A stretch of 62,703 nt of DNA, filler included, from Chiloscyllium plagiosum (taxonomy: Eukaryota): the NCBI RefSeq assembly GCF_004010195.1. It is 3 parts of one record of this genome, joined end to end, with 100 filler letters (N's around TTAATTAATTAA, not from the genome) between each part and the next. Parts side by side here need not be neighbours in the genome. Positions count along the whole stretch, not along the records: positions 1 to 31,007 come from NC_057715.1; 2 more parts are not named here. One strand, 5' to 3'. A program made the translations under genes and the position numbers. Below are positions 12,233-23,189 of the stretch, in pieces. Under the pieces are notes generated by a model that saw only the letters and a program-made list of their open reading frames with translations, did not search any database and was not told the origin of the DNA. Within the stretch, counting starts at the first letter, position 1; every line of letters begins with the position of its first letter.

Positions 12233-14191
12233 AGTGGGACATAATAATGCCGTTTAACGTCAAAAGGTGATGGTTAGATTCTTTCATTTGAGGTAGTCAT
12301 TACCGGCACCTGTTTATCACAATGTTACTTGCCACTAATTAGCCCAAACGTGGATGTTGTCTAGGCCTTGCTTTATACAGACAGGAACTGCTTCAGTAAC
12401 TGAGGTGTTGTGAATAGTACTGAACATCATGCAATCATTACCGAAAATCCTCTTTTCTGACCTTATCTTGGAGAGATGGTCATTGATAAAGCAGCTACAG
12501 ATGGTTGGACCTAGGACACGACAGTAAGGATTTCTTACAGAGATGGGTTGGAGCTGAGCTGATTGATTTCCAGTAACCACAACCATCTTCCTTTTGTGGA
12601 TTGTAATGAGGCCACAAACAGAATGGTGCTGATGCAAACCTAAGTTAAGTGTCAGTGAGTGATCAAAATAGAATAACTGTGCTGCATGACTGATGTCCCA
12701 AAATTTAATTTTCACAGTGGTGTGTCCATTTTGATGGCCAGCTCTACTGCTTATAGAATGTTTTCATGAGAGATTAATTGAAAAGATTTGAAATGCTTTT
12801 GTATCAGTGAATGACTTTTTCTCAGCAGAGACATCATCGATAGAAAACTTTATTTTGTATCAGCATGGCTTCTGAGGTGGGTTTTGTGGGGGCAATATGA
12901 GTTGGATGGAGAGGGAAGGACAAAGTGAGGTTGTGGGTATAACTTTACACTGAGTTGGCATAAGTATTACTAAAAGCCATGGGGATTATTGTGGACATAA
13001 AGGTTATGAGTGGCCATAGTCAATGGGTAGATGGGCATTAGGTGGCGTATGGTTTGAGGGAATGTGAATGTGAATCTTGGGAATTAGGTAGCATGGGTTG
13101 GTATAGATGGGGTAGTGAGGTGAAGTGAGCAGGAGGATGTTTCAGATTTCAGTCAAAGTCAAGTTTGTAAGCTTTGTTCCCAAAACCTCATGCAGGCTTT
13201 CTGTCCAGCTTGTCTTGGGAGCAGGCAGCCTGCCCACTTTGCCTGACTCACAATCCAGTGAAGCCCTCCCACCTCCACTTCCTTTGGACCACAAAAAGGA
13301 ACAATAGGTTTCCATTTTTAAAGATTGGGTTTGTGGAGCTGGGAATTCTCCCATCACCAGGCAAACGATGCAGGATTCAGAATTGGGGCCACAGTGTTTA
13401 TTTTTAAGTTGTGTACTGTTATCCCCTGTTTAAACCACATTGTCATAACACAGTTTTTTAGTGCAGTTTGTAAGTTAGAAAAGTTTACCAAAAATGTTTA
13501 CTCTCCATGGTCATTTTTAAAACAAACTGCTGTTTTCCTTATCACACTTTCCTACCCAACAGTCTAGTTTACTACTTCCCTCCATCTCACACTCTAACAC
13601 ATCAATCTCTTCTCGACATTTGTCTCATCCCTCTCCTGCTACCTGCATCACTCAGTGCTTCCCTGTCTCGCTTGCTGTCTCCCCTTTTGCTGTCATATTT
13701 CCCCCCTTACTTGCCACATTCCTTCCTTCTCTTACATGCTGTTGCCTTCTCTTGCTATCATGCTCCCCACCTTTACTCATCACAACCCTCTTGCTCCCTC
13801 TTTTACATGCTGCTGCCTTCTCTTGAACACTCATTGTTTTCTGCTTGTCGTCTTACTGATCCTATCCCAAACTCCTACTTTGAGAGGGTTGTAGAGAAGG
13901 AGGGGAGAGTACCGAAGTGAGAGAGGTTTTTCTGAAATATTTTATGTTTTAACTTTCGCTGATTAGCTGAGATTCGGTTCACGAATATTTTGTTTTAAAT
14001 CTTCCTTACTTGGGAATGGTAAAAATTTAAATAATAGAAAATTTGACTTTCCTGAACATTTCTGTGTTTACTTGAGCTGAAATTTTCTCCGAAAGCAAAT
14101 GTAACTTCTTTTCTTACTGTTTCCAATAACTCTCTATGAATGTATTAATTTTTGTGAAAATATAAAATATTATCTGGCTCTTATTTTATAG

Positions 14192-14271
14192 TGAGTTTGT
14201 GGCAGAAGAAGATGATGAAAAGTTCTGGCAATTTATTGACACCGTGAAGGAAATAACCTACATTCAGGGAG
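14192..14271 (+). CDS. UGGT2: UGGT2 coding exon (SEFVAEEDDEKFWQFIDTVKEITYIQG)
   Basis: ttattttatAG acceptor, G|GTAAG donor; 80 nt, phase 2 to phase 1; resembles UGGT2 SEFMAEESNEKFWQF; frame continuous with neighbouring exons. Confidence 0.93.
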
Positions 14272-14987
14272 GTAAGATCATCTTATATATCCCACGGTGA
14301 AAATCTGCTAAAACATTGGTCAGGAAGGAAAGTGTGATGTTGCAAATGTGATGACAGTATAAAGGGAATTTAAACATGGAGCTCTAAAGAATAGAAGTAC
14401 AGGAAATATTTTAAGTCTTATATTTATGCAGTGTATGTAGAATCATAAATCATTATGCAGCAGAAGAAGTCCGTTTTGTCCATATTGTCTGAGAATTTTG
14501 ATTTAGTACCAAACTCCTCCGTTTTCCCTTTAGCCATACACACTTTCTACTTGAATAATCATCTAATACCCTCACAAATGTTTCATTGAACATGCCTTCA
14601 CCACTCTTCAAGAATGGATTCCAAGTGCTATCTATTCACTGTGTGAAAAAAGTCTCTTCTTACTTCTCAATTTCTTCTTTTGCAAAACACTTCAGAACTA
14701 TGCTCTCTGGTTCTCAATCCTTTTATGAACAGGAACAGTTTCTCCCTGTCTAGTCTGTCCAGACTCTTCATGAGCTTAATGACTTTTATCAAATTTCCTC
14801 TTAGCTTTCTTCTCTCCAAAGACAACAAATCCAATTTCTCCAAATATCATGTACATTCAGTTCATTCTCCGGGATGTTTACCGTACTTATATGGAGAAAG
14901 TCAGGTGAATCTAAAAACAGATTGATGCCTTTACAGTATATAAGTAGGCATTTGGTGAGATTGGTAGATAGGTGCTTACTGTAATTG

Positions 14988-15200
14988 GAGGAGAAAGTGA
15001 GGACTGCAGATGCTGGAGATCAGAGCTGAAAATGTGTTGCTGGAAAAGCGCAGCAGGTCAGGAGCATCCAAGGAACAGGAGAATCGACGTTTCGGGCATA
15101 AGCCCTTCTTCAGAAGAAGGGCTTATGCCCGAAACATCGATTCTCCTGTTCCTTGAATGCTGCCTGACCTGCTGTGCTTTTCCAGCAACACATTTTCAGC
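14988..15200. mobile_element. Fold-back Penelope terminal-repeat mini-element with hammerhead core (family A)
   Basis: Inverted arms centred on cttcttcagaagaag (about 15112); minus strand reads CTGAAGA-AGGGC-TTAT-GCCC-GAAA-CG-TC; TSD gcttactgtaattg at 14974-14987 and 15199-15212. Confidence 0.85.
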
Positions 15201-15299
15201 TTACTGTAATTGTAAAGGCATGGTGAACAAATTAGCATGATGATAATTGAGTTTTGGATATTTGAATCAGTTGTATTTAAAGATGGAAGCTATATGAAG

Positions 15300-15970
15300 C
15301 CATGCCTCCTCTGTGATCTGCTTTAGATCATCCTAACATTTGGAATACTCTGTTCAATTCTTGTCTCCCTGCTATAGGAAAGATGTTGTGAAACTTGAAA
15401 GGCTTCAGAAAAGATTTACATGGATGTTGCCGGGATTGAGGGTTTGGAGAGGCTGAATAGGCTGGGGCTACTTTCCCTGGAGCATCGGAGGCTGAGGGGT
15501 GACCTTATAAAGGTTTATAAAATCATGAGGGGCTTGGATGGGGTGAACAACTAAGGTCTTCTTCCCAGGGTAGGGGAGTTCAGACTAGAAGGCATAGGTT
15601 TAGGGTGAGAAGGGAAAGATTTAAAAGGGACCTAATGGACAAGTTTTCATGCAGAAGGTAGTGCATGTATGGAATGAGCTGCCAGAGGAAGTGATAGAGG
15701 CTGGTTACAACATTTAAAAGGCATTTGGATGGGTACATGAATAGGAAGAATTTAGAGGGCTATGAGGCAAATGTTGGCAATGGGACTAGATTTATTTAGG
15801 ATATCTGGTCGGCATGGACAAGTTGTGGTTACAACATTTAAAAGGCATTTGGATGGGTACATGAATAGGAAGGATTTAGAGGGATATGAGGCAAATGTTG
15901 GCAATGGGACTAGATTTATTTAGGATATCTGGTCGGCATGGACAAGTTGTTCATCTCTATGACTCTGTGA
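15300..15970 (+). mobile_element. CR1 LINE 3' fragment with a 124-bp internal tandem duplication
   Basis: CR1 LEYSVQF...QKRFT motifs; 15702-15825 is repeated at 15826-15949. Confidence 0.85.
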
Positions 15971-16369
15971 CTTTAAGTGACAGTGAGAGCTTTGTGTTGT
16001 GAGGAGTTCAGAGCTTTATCTTCCATTCCATGTAATCTGCTCAGCTGCACATCATGGTCAGCGGATAAGGAATATAGTGTAGTGATTGATCTTGTTTTTA
16101 TGTTTTTATCCTTCTCCCTGACCAGCCTGTCCAGATCCAACAATGTATTGATATATTTAATTTCCTGTGACAGCGAATTTTGATTTATCTCAACAATTTA
16201 AAAGTTATTAAAAGTATAAGAAAAATATAGAAAAGCAAATAATTGATTGTTAATAAAGCATCAATAAACTAATTTGGTTTTTGATCACCATTGCTTGTGT
16301 TTACCTTTGAAAATGTTTCCAATGTTATTTTCAGGTAAGCTACTTGTCATGTGTAATAGTGGATATTTT

Positions 16370-16690
16370 TAGATTAGATTAGATTGCCTACAGTGTGGAA
16401 ACAGGCCCTTCGGCCCATCCAGTCCACACCGACCCTCCGAAGACTAATCCACCTAGACCCATTTCTCTCTGACTAATGCACCTAGCACTATAGGCAATTT
16501 AGCATGACCAATTCACCTGACCTGCACATATTTGTGTGTGTGGAAGGAAAATGGAGCCCCCGGAGAAAACCCACGCAGACCCGGGGAGAATGTGCAAACT
16601 CCACGTAGACACTCGCTCGAGGCTGGAATCGAACTTGGGACACTAGTACTGTGAGGCAGCAGTGCTAACCAATGAGCCACTGTGCCACCG
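16370..16690 (-). mobile_element. HE1-type V-SINE
   Basis: Reverse HE1 pattern with (tagat)n tail. Confidence 0.85.
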
Positions 16691-17195
16691 CATATGAAAT
16701 GATTTAATGTCATATTGATATTTACTTGCTTGTTAGCCGCATTTGAAAGATAGATAACGTTGACAGTGACTGGATGCGCACACGCGCGCACACACACGTA
16801 CACACACACATGCAACCTCTCCAACTGCCTTCAAGAAGGGATGAAAATCACACTGTGGCAATTATCAAGGTTTGTTCCTCTTGTCTGAGTGCAGCTTTAA
16901 ACCTTCCAGAGGAAGCTCAAACATGGTCTCTGTTGTCAGACAAACCCAAGAAAAATGTTAAGAACAACACCAGAAACTTATCATTGCATTCATCTGTCTG
17001 ACTAACACATTTGATTCCATAAATCATGAGGCTTTATAGACTGTTCACTGGAGTTTTTGATGCCCAAAAAACTTTGTAACAATCCTCCAACAGCTTTATG
17101 ATGATAGGACAGCAATTGTCTTGAGGGAGAGATCTGACAAAAAAATCTTCAAAATCAGACTGGTGTCAACCAAGTCTCTGTGATAGACAACTTAC

Positions 17196-17646
17196 AGGAT
17201 CTAGATTAGAGTGGTGCGAGAAAAAGCACAGCAGGTCAGGGAGCATCCGAGGAGCAGGAAAATCGACGTTTCGGGCAAAAGCCCTTCATCAGGAATAGAG
17301 GCAGGGTGCCTGCAGAGTGGAGAGATAAATGAGAGNNNNNNNNNNNNNNNNNNNNNNNNNNNNNNNNNNNNNNNNNNNNNNNNNNNNNNNNNNNNNNNNN
17401 NNNNNNNNNNNNNNNNNNNNNNNNNNNNNNNNNNNNNNTATCTCTCCACTCTGCAGGCACCCTGCCTCTGTTCCTGATGAAGGGCTTTTGCCCGAAACGT
17501 CGATTTTCCTGCTCCTCGGATGCTCCCTGACCTGCTGTGCTTTTCCAGCACCACTCTAATCTAGACTCCCATAAATTGTCTATTTAAATTTAGCACCACT
17601 CTAATCTAGACTCTGATTTCCAGCAGCTGCAGTCCTTGTTTTTACC
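17196..17646. mobile_element. Fold-back Penelope element (family A) with an assembly gap in the loop and two hammerhead cores
   Basis: Near-perfect inverted arms either side of the N-run 17336-17438; cores at 17265-17292 (-) and 17474-17501 (+); TSD tgatagacaacttac at 17181-17195 and 17647-17661. Confidence 0.85.
17474..17501 (+). ncRNA. Minimal hammerhead ribozyme core (PLE type), sense to UGGT2
   Basis: CUGAUGA-A-GGGC-UUUU-GCCC-GAAA-CG-UC: stem II, palindromic ACGU in place of stem III, GUC cleavage triplet; stem I is weak. Confidence 0.7.
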
Positions 17647-18001
17647 TGATAGACAACTTACTGTTTACTGTGAGAATTCTTTAAATTAGCAGCATTGGTC
17701 AGCTTGATGTCACTGCAGCTTGACAGTGGGACTACAGATAATGGCACAGTGGGGAAGTTAAGCTTCTCACCACAGAGAATTGTAGATCTCTCAGCACAAC
17801 ATCCTTTGAGGACAGTGGTAAGGGATCTCCTTTCACCTCTGAAACATTCTCTCAGACTTTACAACAGTGAATGAGAGATTCTGAGGAGCTGTAGGAATTT
17901 AGCATTGCAATAATAATGTTACTGGCAAAACTAACATGCTAATAAAATAATTGACCTTATTATTTCAGCTCTGTTATTAATATGATAATGTTATTTAATA
18001 G

Positions 18002-18132
18002 ATTCTGAACGCAGTTATTATGACCTAATTCTGAAGAAAGCTGGTCAATTCTTGTCGGAACTGAAACTCAATCTTCTGAAGTTTGCCCTCTCGCTGAGAG
18101 CATATTCTCCAGCGGTTCAAATGTTTCAGCAG
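18002..18132 (+). CDS. UGGT2: UGGT2 coding exon (DSERSYYDLILKKAGQFLSELKLNLLKFALSLRAYSPAVQMFQQ)
   Basis: AG acceptor 18000-18001, CAG|GTGCGT donor; 131 nt, phase 1 to 0; LILKKAGQFL and RAYSPA.QMFQQ are UGGT2-type rather than UGGT1-type. Confidence 0.95.
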
Positions 18133-18959
18133 GTGCGTAGAGTAATCTTCATGCTATGTCGAAGCTGGGTGGAAGAAACTACAGCAAAAAATGTTTCTCT
18201 CTTAAAAGAAAAGGAAGACAGTTGAAGAGCCTTGACACTGAATTGCCTGCTCACTTTTTTATTTTCATTTCATTGACAAAAATATTTAAAATGGAAAGTT
18301 CTTTGAATCTATGTTAAAAGAAAGTGTTTTAACTAGATTTAGTTCAATGGTAGAATTGAAAAACTCTATATAGTAGTGAGTCCAGTGTTATTTGGGCACA
18401 TCTCTGAATGAAACAAATTTGACCTTGTTTTTGGAAATATTTTTCTCTTTTACATTTTTGGATGCTTAGCGATAATTCAAATCATTTTAGATGTGTTTTT
18501 CTGAATATAAGCAGTCCCCTGGCAGGAACTAAATCCTACCATTCAATGATATAAATATAAAAAAATTGCTTTTGTTTGTTTTTACAAATACCTGAACTTC
18601 ATTCATTAAATCTGCAAATGTCATAGATATCCTCATTTGTAAAGTGTGATAGATTTGCTCGAATCATGTCATTACATTGATTGGTTATACTAAGAATTTC
18701 ATTGGAATGATGAATGACATTGCCCATTTTCCCTATTTTCAAATTTCATTTCTTCAGGTGCTATGTTTTAGGTGCCATTGCTCTCCAACTTCATGATTCT
18801 TGATGACAGCTAACATATTAATGTTATCAATCTTGTGCCATTCTGCTTCTTAAATTGTGGGTCTATTTCTTCCCTTGGCTCTCTCTTGCTCTGCTGCCTG
18901 CAATTTTACCTGTGGTCAGATAGCTTGTGTGGAAATAATATTGGCATCAGCATAGTTTA

Positions 18960-19495
18960 GATATGAGATGATATTTTTCTTCAACCAAATGTACAACCCT
19001 GGCTTAGTACCAGAAGAACTTGCGAGTCAGTATTTGCAACATTACTTAACAATCCAAGAGCAACAGAATGTGAACTTTTATAGAATGATTAACGTAATGA
19101 CTCACATAATCAAACTCATTCCAACAATCATCACAAGGGCACAAAGCAGAATGAAATCAGAGACATGAGCAGAACAATATGGTTTACCTGAAGAAAGGGG
19201 AGCAAGAACTATTATGGAGAGAGCAGTAGATCCAATTATATGTAGTGGTGCTTTGTAGATTGCGTCAAGGCATCTGATTGAGACAAGAATGATGTTTGAA
19301 CTGCTACAATACTTGGATGTAGAAGAAAAAAATGAAGACTATTTTAGAACTTATGGTGGGAACAAGCAGCAGTATTCAGAATAAAGTGTGAATTGATAGT
19401 TGTAAAAAGAGGTTCGTGACAAAATTGTTTTCCGTTTCTAAATTCTTTCTATCTTGAAAGTGAAATAATGTAAGATATCTATCAAAGTTACCAGC
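18960..19495 (+). mobile_element. RTE-clade LINE RT remnant
   Basis: YRMINVMTHIIKL and EQYG.PEERGAR resemble RTE RT motifs (YR.ISL.SH..K, EQ.GF...RG.R); heavily decayed. Confidence 0.55.
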
Positions 19496-19498
19496 TGA

Positions 19499-19833
19499 GG
19501 GCGGCACGGTGGCTCAGTGGTTAGCACTGCTGCCTCACAGTGCCAGAGACCTGGGTTCGATTCCAGTCTTGGGTGACTGTGTGGAGTTTGCACATTCTCC
19601 TTGTGTCTGCGTGGGTTTCATCTGGGCGCTCCAGTTCCCTCCCACAATCCAAAGATGTGCAAGTTAGGTGAATTGGCCATGCTAAATTGCCCATAGTGTT
19701 CAGAGATGTGCAGGTTAGGTGCATTAGTCAGGGATAAATGTAGAGTGATAGGCTCAGAGAATGCGTCTAGGTGGATTTCTGGGAGGGTCGGTGTGGACTT
19801 GTTGGACTGAAAGGCCTGTTTCCACACTGTAGG
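19499..19833 (+). mobile_element. HE1-type V-SINE
   Basis: Full head ggcggcacggtggctcagtggttagcactgctgcctcacag, V core and tail. Confidence 0.85.
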
Positions 19834-20501
19834 AATACTAGGTCTCACTGGGAGGTCACAGCAATTTTCATGACTGAACTGGAAATTACAGAGGAAACAA
19901 GTTTAGGAAGAACTGCGATATCTAGTTTTAGTGAAATTGTACGTGAGTGACAATTAATTTCTTACATTAAAAATATTGTGCTCTTCAAGGTGAGAGTTAT
20001 ATAGGGAAAAGGTGTATGATTTTTCAGATATTCGCATGGTTAGCTGAAGTTTTATACTTGTTTTTATTTGATTATCAAGTTGAGGATGATGTAGGTGCTT
20101 TCAATATCCAAGCTTTTTGTTAAACTGATACATGGTTGTTTCTATAGAATATAATTTTCTCTGTACTATACTCTGCCAGAATAGTTTATCTGTCTGGGAT
20201 CCAATGTTCGAAATCATCCACCCCACACTGTTTGGATGTATTTTTAACTCACAGTTGTATCTGTGCTCTTTGATCTTCTATTGAAATGAGTTGGTGAGGG
20301 TTGATTGCTACATCTTATTTTAAACTGGTTTCCTACCCTTTGTTCAAATATCTTACATAATCAGAAGGGGTTCAAGTTTTACCCTGGAAATGTTATCTAT
20401 CATTATTCATCTCTCAGAAATAGTGAGAGTTTGGGGCGGTAAACATGGATAAAAGAAATTCCCTCTTTAACCTGTGTATTTATTTGTAACATCTGGCCTA
20501 G

Positions 20502-20614
20502 ACTGCAACTGATGAACCACCACCAAAAGGCTGCAGTAGTTTTGTAGCTGTCCATGGGGAGCACACCTGCAATACCAACGAAGTCAAGAAACTCCTCAAA
20601 AGAGCAGCTAATAG
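20502..20614 (+). CDS. UGGT2: UGGT2 coding exon (TATDEPPPKGCSSFVAVHGEHTCNTNEVKKLLKRAAN)
   Basis: TAG acceptor, AG|GTAGG donor; 113 nt, phase 0 to 2; conserved DEPPP.GC..F...H...TC motif. Confidence 0.95.
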
Positions 20615-21661
20615 GTAGGAGGAGGTTTACAATGCTTCTCAGTGCATTTTAATTTAGAATAAAAAAGAAGATATTGTATAGAATTTAAATACAAAATTAT
20701 CTCATTCGTGAGTTTTCCTATTGGTTAATGCTGCCCTTGTCGCTTATCTTCCTTTCAGAACAAGATGCCTCTAAAATTCCCCTATCTAGCTCTAAGTCTG
20801 CACCTTTTCTTTCAGTTTATCTCCTATGTCCCCTCATTAACCCTCTAAACTCTTGCCTCCTTTCCCACTAAACCAGTGACTGCACAACACCCTGTCCTGG
20901 TACTTATGTTTATTGATATTGTTGATAGTTCTCACACACTATCCCTGTCCACTTGTAAATGTGCGATGATTACTCCTGTCTTTATAACTCTAACTCATGA
21001 CCTCGCCATTTCATCAAACTGATTTGAGAAATATTCTGTCCTGCTCAGAGAGATGGCAAACTTGGAGGTAGGAGGTGCACTTTGTTAGATGTATTCAAAT
21101 CTTGTTTTCCACTGGAATTAGTTAGGGCCTGGGGATTCGGAGGGAGTGGGCTGGGAATTATGGAAAGGCCCACTGGGTCATCTTCCTGCCTGCTGCCAAT
21201 TGAGATCCTTAACTGTCCAATTGAGGACCAGCCTTATCCTGCCAACTTAGGCTTGGCCTGTTGACATGCGGAATTGTTGGTGGTGAGTGTCCTTTATCAA
21301 AGGCAATTAGTGTCTGATTGAGAAACTGGACAAAGGGTAACGGTGAACCTGTAAAAGCTACCACCCTGCCCTTTCTTCCACCATCCCAATGCCCCCAACC
21401 ACCAACACTCTCCCTCATTAAAAAACCTGCCCTGCACCATCCCCAACATTTGTCTTTTTCCTTGGTCCTTTGTGGCTTTGTTGTCCACTGACAATGGTGG
21501 GGGTGCTCTTCTACCAGCAGCAGCAGTACCTTTGACATGGCACTGCTAAGCTCAGGAGTGTTTTTTCCATTTGTGGTACGTGGGTATCACTGGTTAAATC
21601 AGCATATATTACCCATCCCTAACTACAGAAATGTGGTGATGAGCTATATTTTCAAACCACG

Positions 21662-21938
21662 CAGCGCCAGAGACCCGGGTTCAATTCCCGCCTCAGGCGA
21701 CTGACTGTGTGGAGTTTGCACGTTCTCCCCGTGTCTGCGTGAGTTTCCTCCGGGTGCTCCAGTTTCCTCCCACAGTCCAAAGATGTGCAGGTCAGGTGAA
21801 TTGGCCATGCTAAATTGCCTGCAGTGTTAGGTAAGGGGTAAATGTAGGGGTATGGGTGGGTTGTGCTTCAGCAGGGCGGTGTGGACTTGTTGGGCCGAAG
21901 GGCTTGTTTCCACACTGTAAGTAATCTAATCTAATCTA
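21662..21938 (+). mobile_element. HE1-type V-SINE, 5' truncated
   Basis: Close match to the young copies at 40814 and 56286; (aatct)n tail. Confidence 0.88.
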
Positions 21939-22119
21939 AATAAAGTTTAACTACTATGATCTTTGCCTCTGACTGGCAAGCATCGTTTCCTCAACAAGAC
22001 ATGTGAGCCCCTCCCACCCAATCCTATCAATTTGTAATTGCTATTGACATTTTAAAAGCTCTGGTAGAGATGGTTATAATCCTGCATTTAGTTGTTATGT
22101 AGCACAGATCTTGAGCATT

Positions 22120-22450
22120 GGTGGAAAAATAAACGTTTTCTGAAGCTTTTCGTCTTACAGTAATCAATTTTTGCCAGTACAAATTTAAGTGAAATCCAAA
22201 CTTTTAGTGCATGAAAGGAGAGTGCTGATTGGTTAGTATATGGACACTTCTCTAGCAGTTGACTGTCTACCCTCATTAATTAGTGTATTGTCCATTGGTA
22301 TTCTCTACCAATCAATATCTGTTTGTCAACCAATTAGCACTCCCCTTCTTATGAAGTATAAATGTTGGTTTTCCTCTTGAATTGGTATTCTTGAGAATTG
22401 TCCTGACGCAAGTAAAACAGAAAGCTTCAACAAAATGTCTTTTTTCATAA
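22120..22450. repeat. Old imperfect inverted repeat, probably a third fold-back Penelope terminal-repeat family
   Basis: gaagcttt pairs with aaagcttc; ggagagtgctgattggtt pairs with aaccaattagcactcccc; decayed ctgacg...gaaagcttc on the right arm. Confidence 0.55.
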
Positions 22451-22679
22451 ATCAATATTTAGATTGCAAATATATGCAAAAATTTGCACAACATCGTGGG
22501 CCGAAGGTCCTGTTCTGTGCTGTACATTTCTGTGTTCTATGTTCTAACAGTTGGATGTTAAATTCTGTAAGATGAAATCCATTTAATCGCATTTGTTATA
22601 TTGCATCAGAGAGAATTGTTAAAGCAAGTGAATTGTGATTCTAAAATAAATAGAATTTTGACCTAATTTCTGCTAACAG

Positions 22680-22854
22680 GCCCAAGCCATACTTGTTTAA
22701 AGGGGACCATATATTTCCAACCAAGAATTCTGAAGCTCCGGTTGCAATTTTGTATGCTGAAATTGGAACTAAAGAATTTTCAAAATTCCACAAGGTTCTG
22801 TCCGAGAAAGCCAGCAAAGGAGCACTTATTTATGTTTTGCGGCATTATGTCCAG
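22680..22854 (+). CDS. UGGT2: UGGT2 coding exon (RPKPYLFKGDHIFP...LYAEIG...FHKVLSEKA...YVLRHYVQ)
   Basis: ctaacAG acceptor, CAG|GTATGT donor; 175 nt, phase 2 to 0; FHKVLSEKA and YVLRHY match UGGT2. Confidence 0.96.
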
Positions 22855-23189
22855 GTATGTCTAAATGCTTGGTTTGTATGGTTGCTGTATATATGAAATA
22901 ATGTTGTCCTGATTGGCATGATAGTCTCTGCTATAGTTTCACAAGTGACACTTTTATTTCTCCATACTCTTTAAAACTGTGCAGATTTAAACATTCTCTC
23001 TTTACCAGGAAGGCAATAAGTATATAGGTTGATCTGGCAAATGTAGCTGATCTGGGTCAGATTTGTGCTGCTGATCTAGATCCAGGACACTGCTGAAACA
23101 TCTATTTTAAAATATTTAAAAGTATGACGCAAGCTATGGTAGACCATGAGAGAAGAATTAATAGCAGAGCACTTGGGAAATACTGACAG

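Noticed and set aside
13507..13920. 137-aa Leu/Ser/Pro-rich ORF and overlapping ORFs
   Set aside because: Pyrimidine-rich low-complexity intron DNA with no recognisable domain or splice context.
15702..15949. 124-bp direct repeat as a CRISPR-like or functional array
   Set aside because: Only two adjacent units inside a CR1 3' end and no spacers; a simple tandem duplication in a vertebrate genome.
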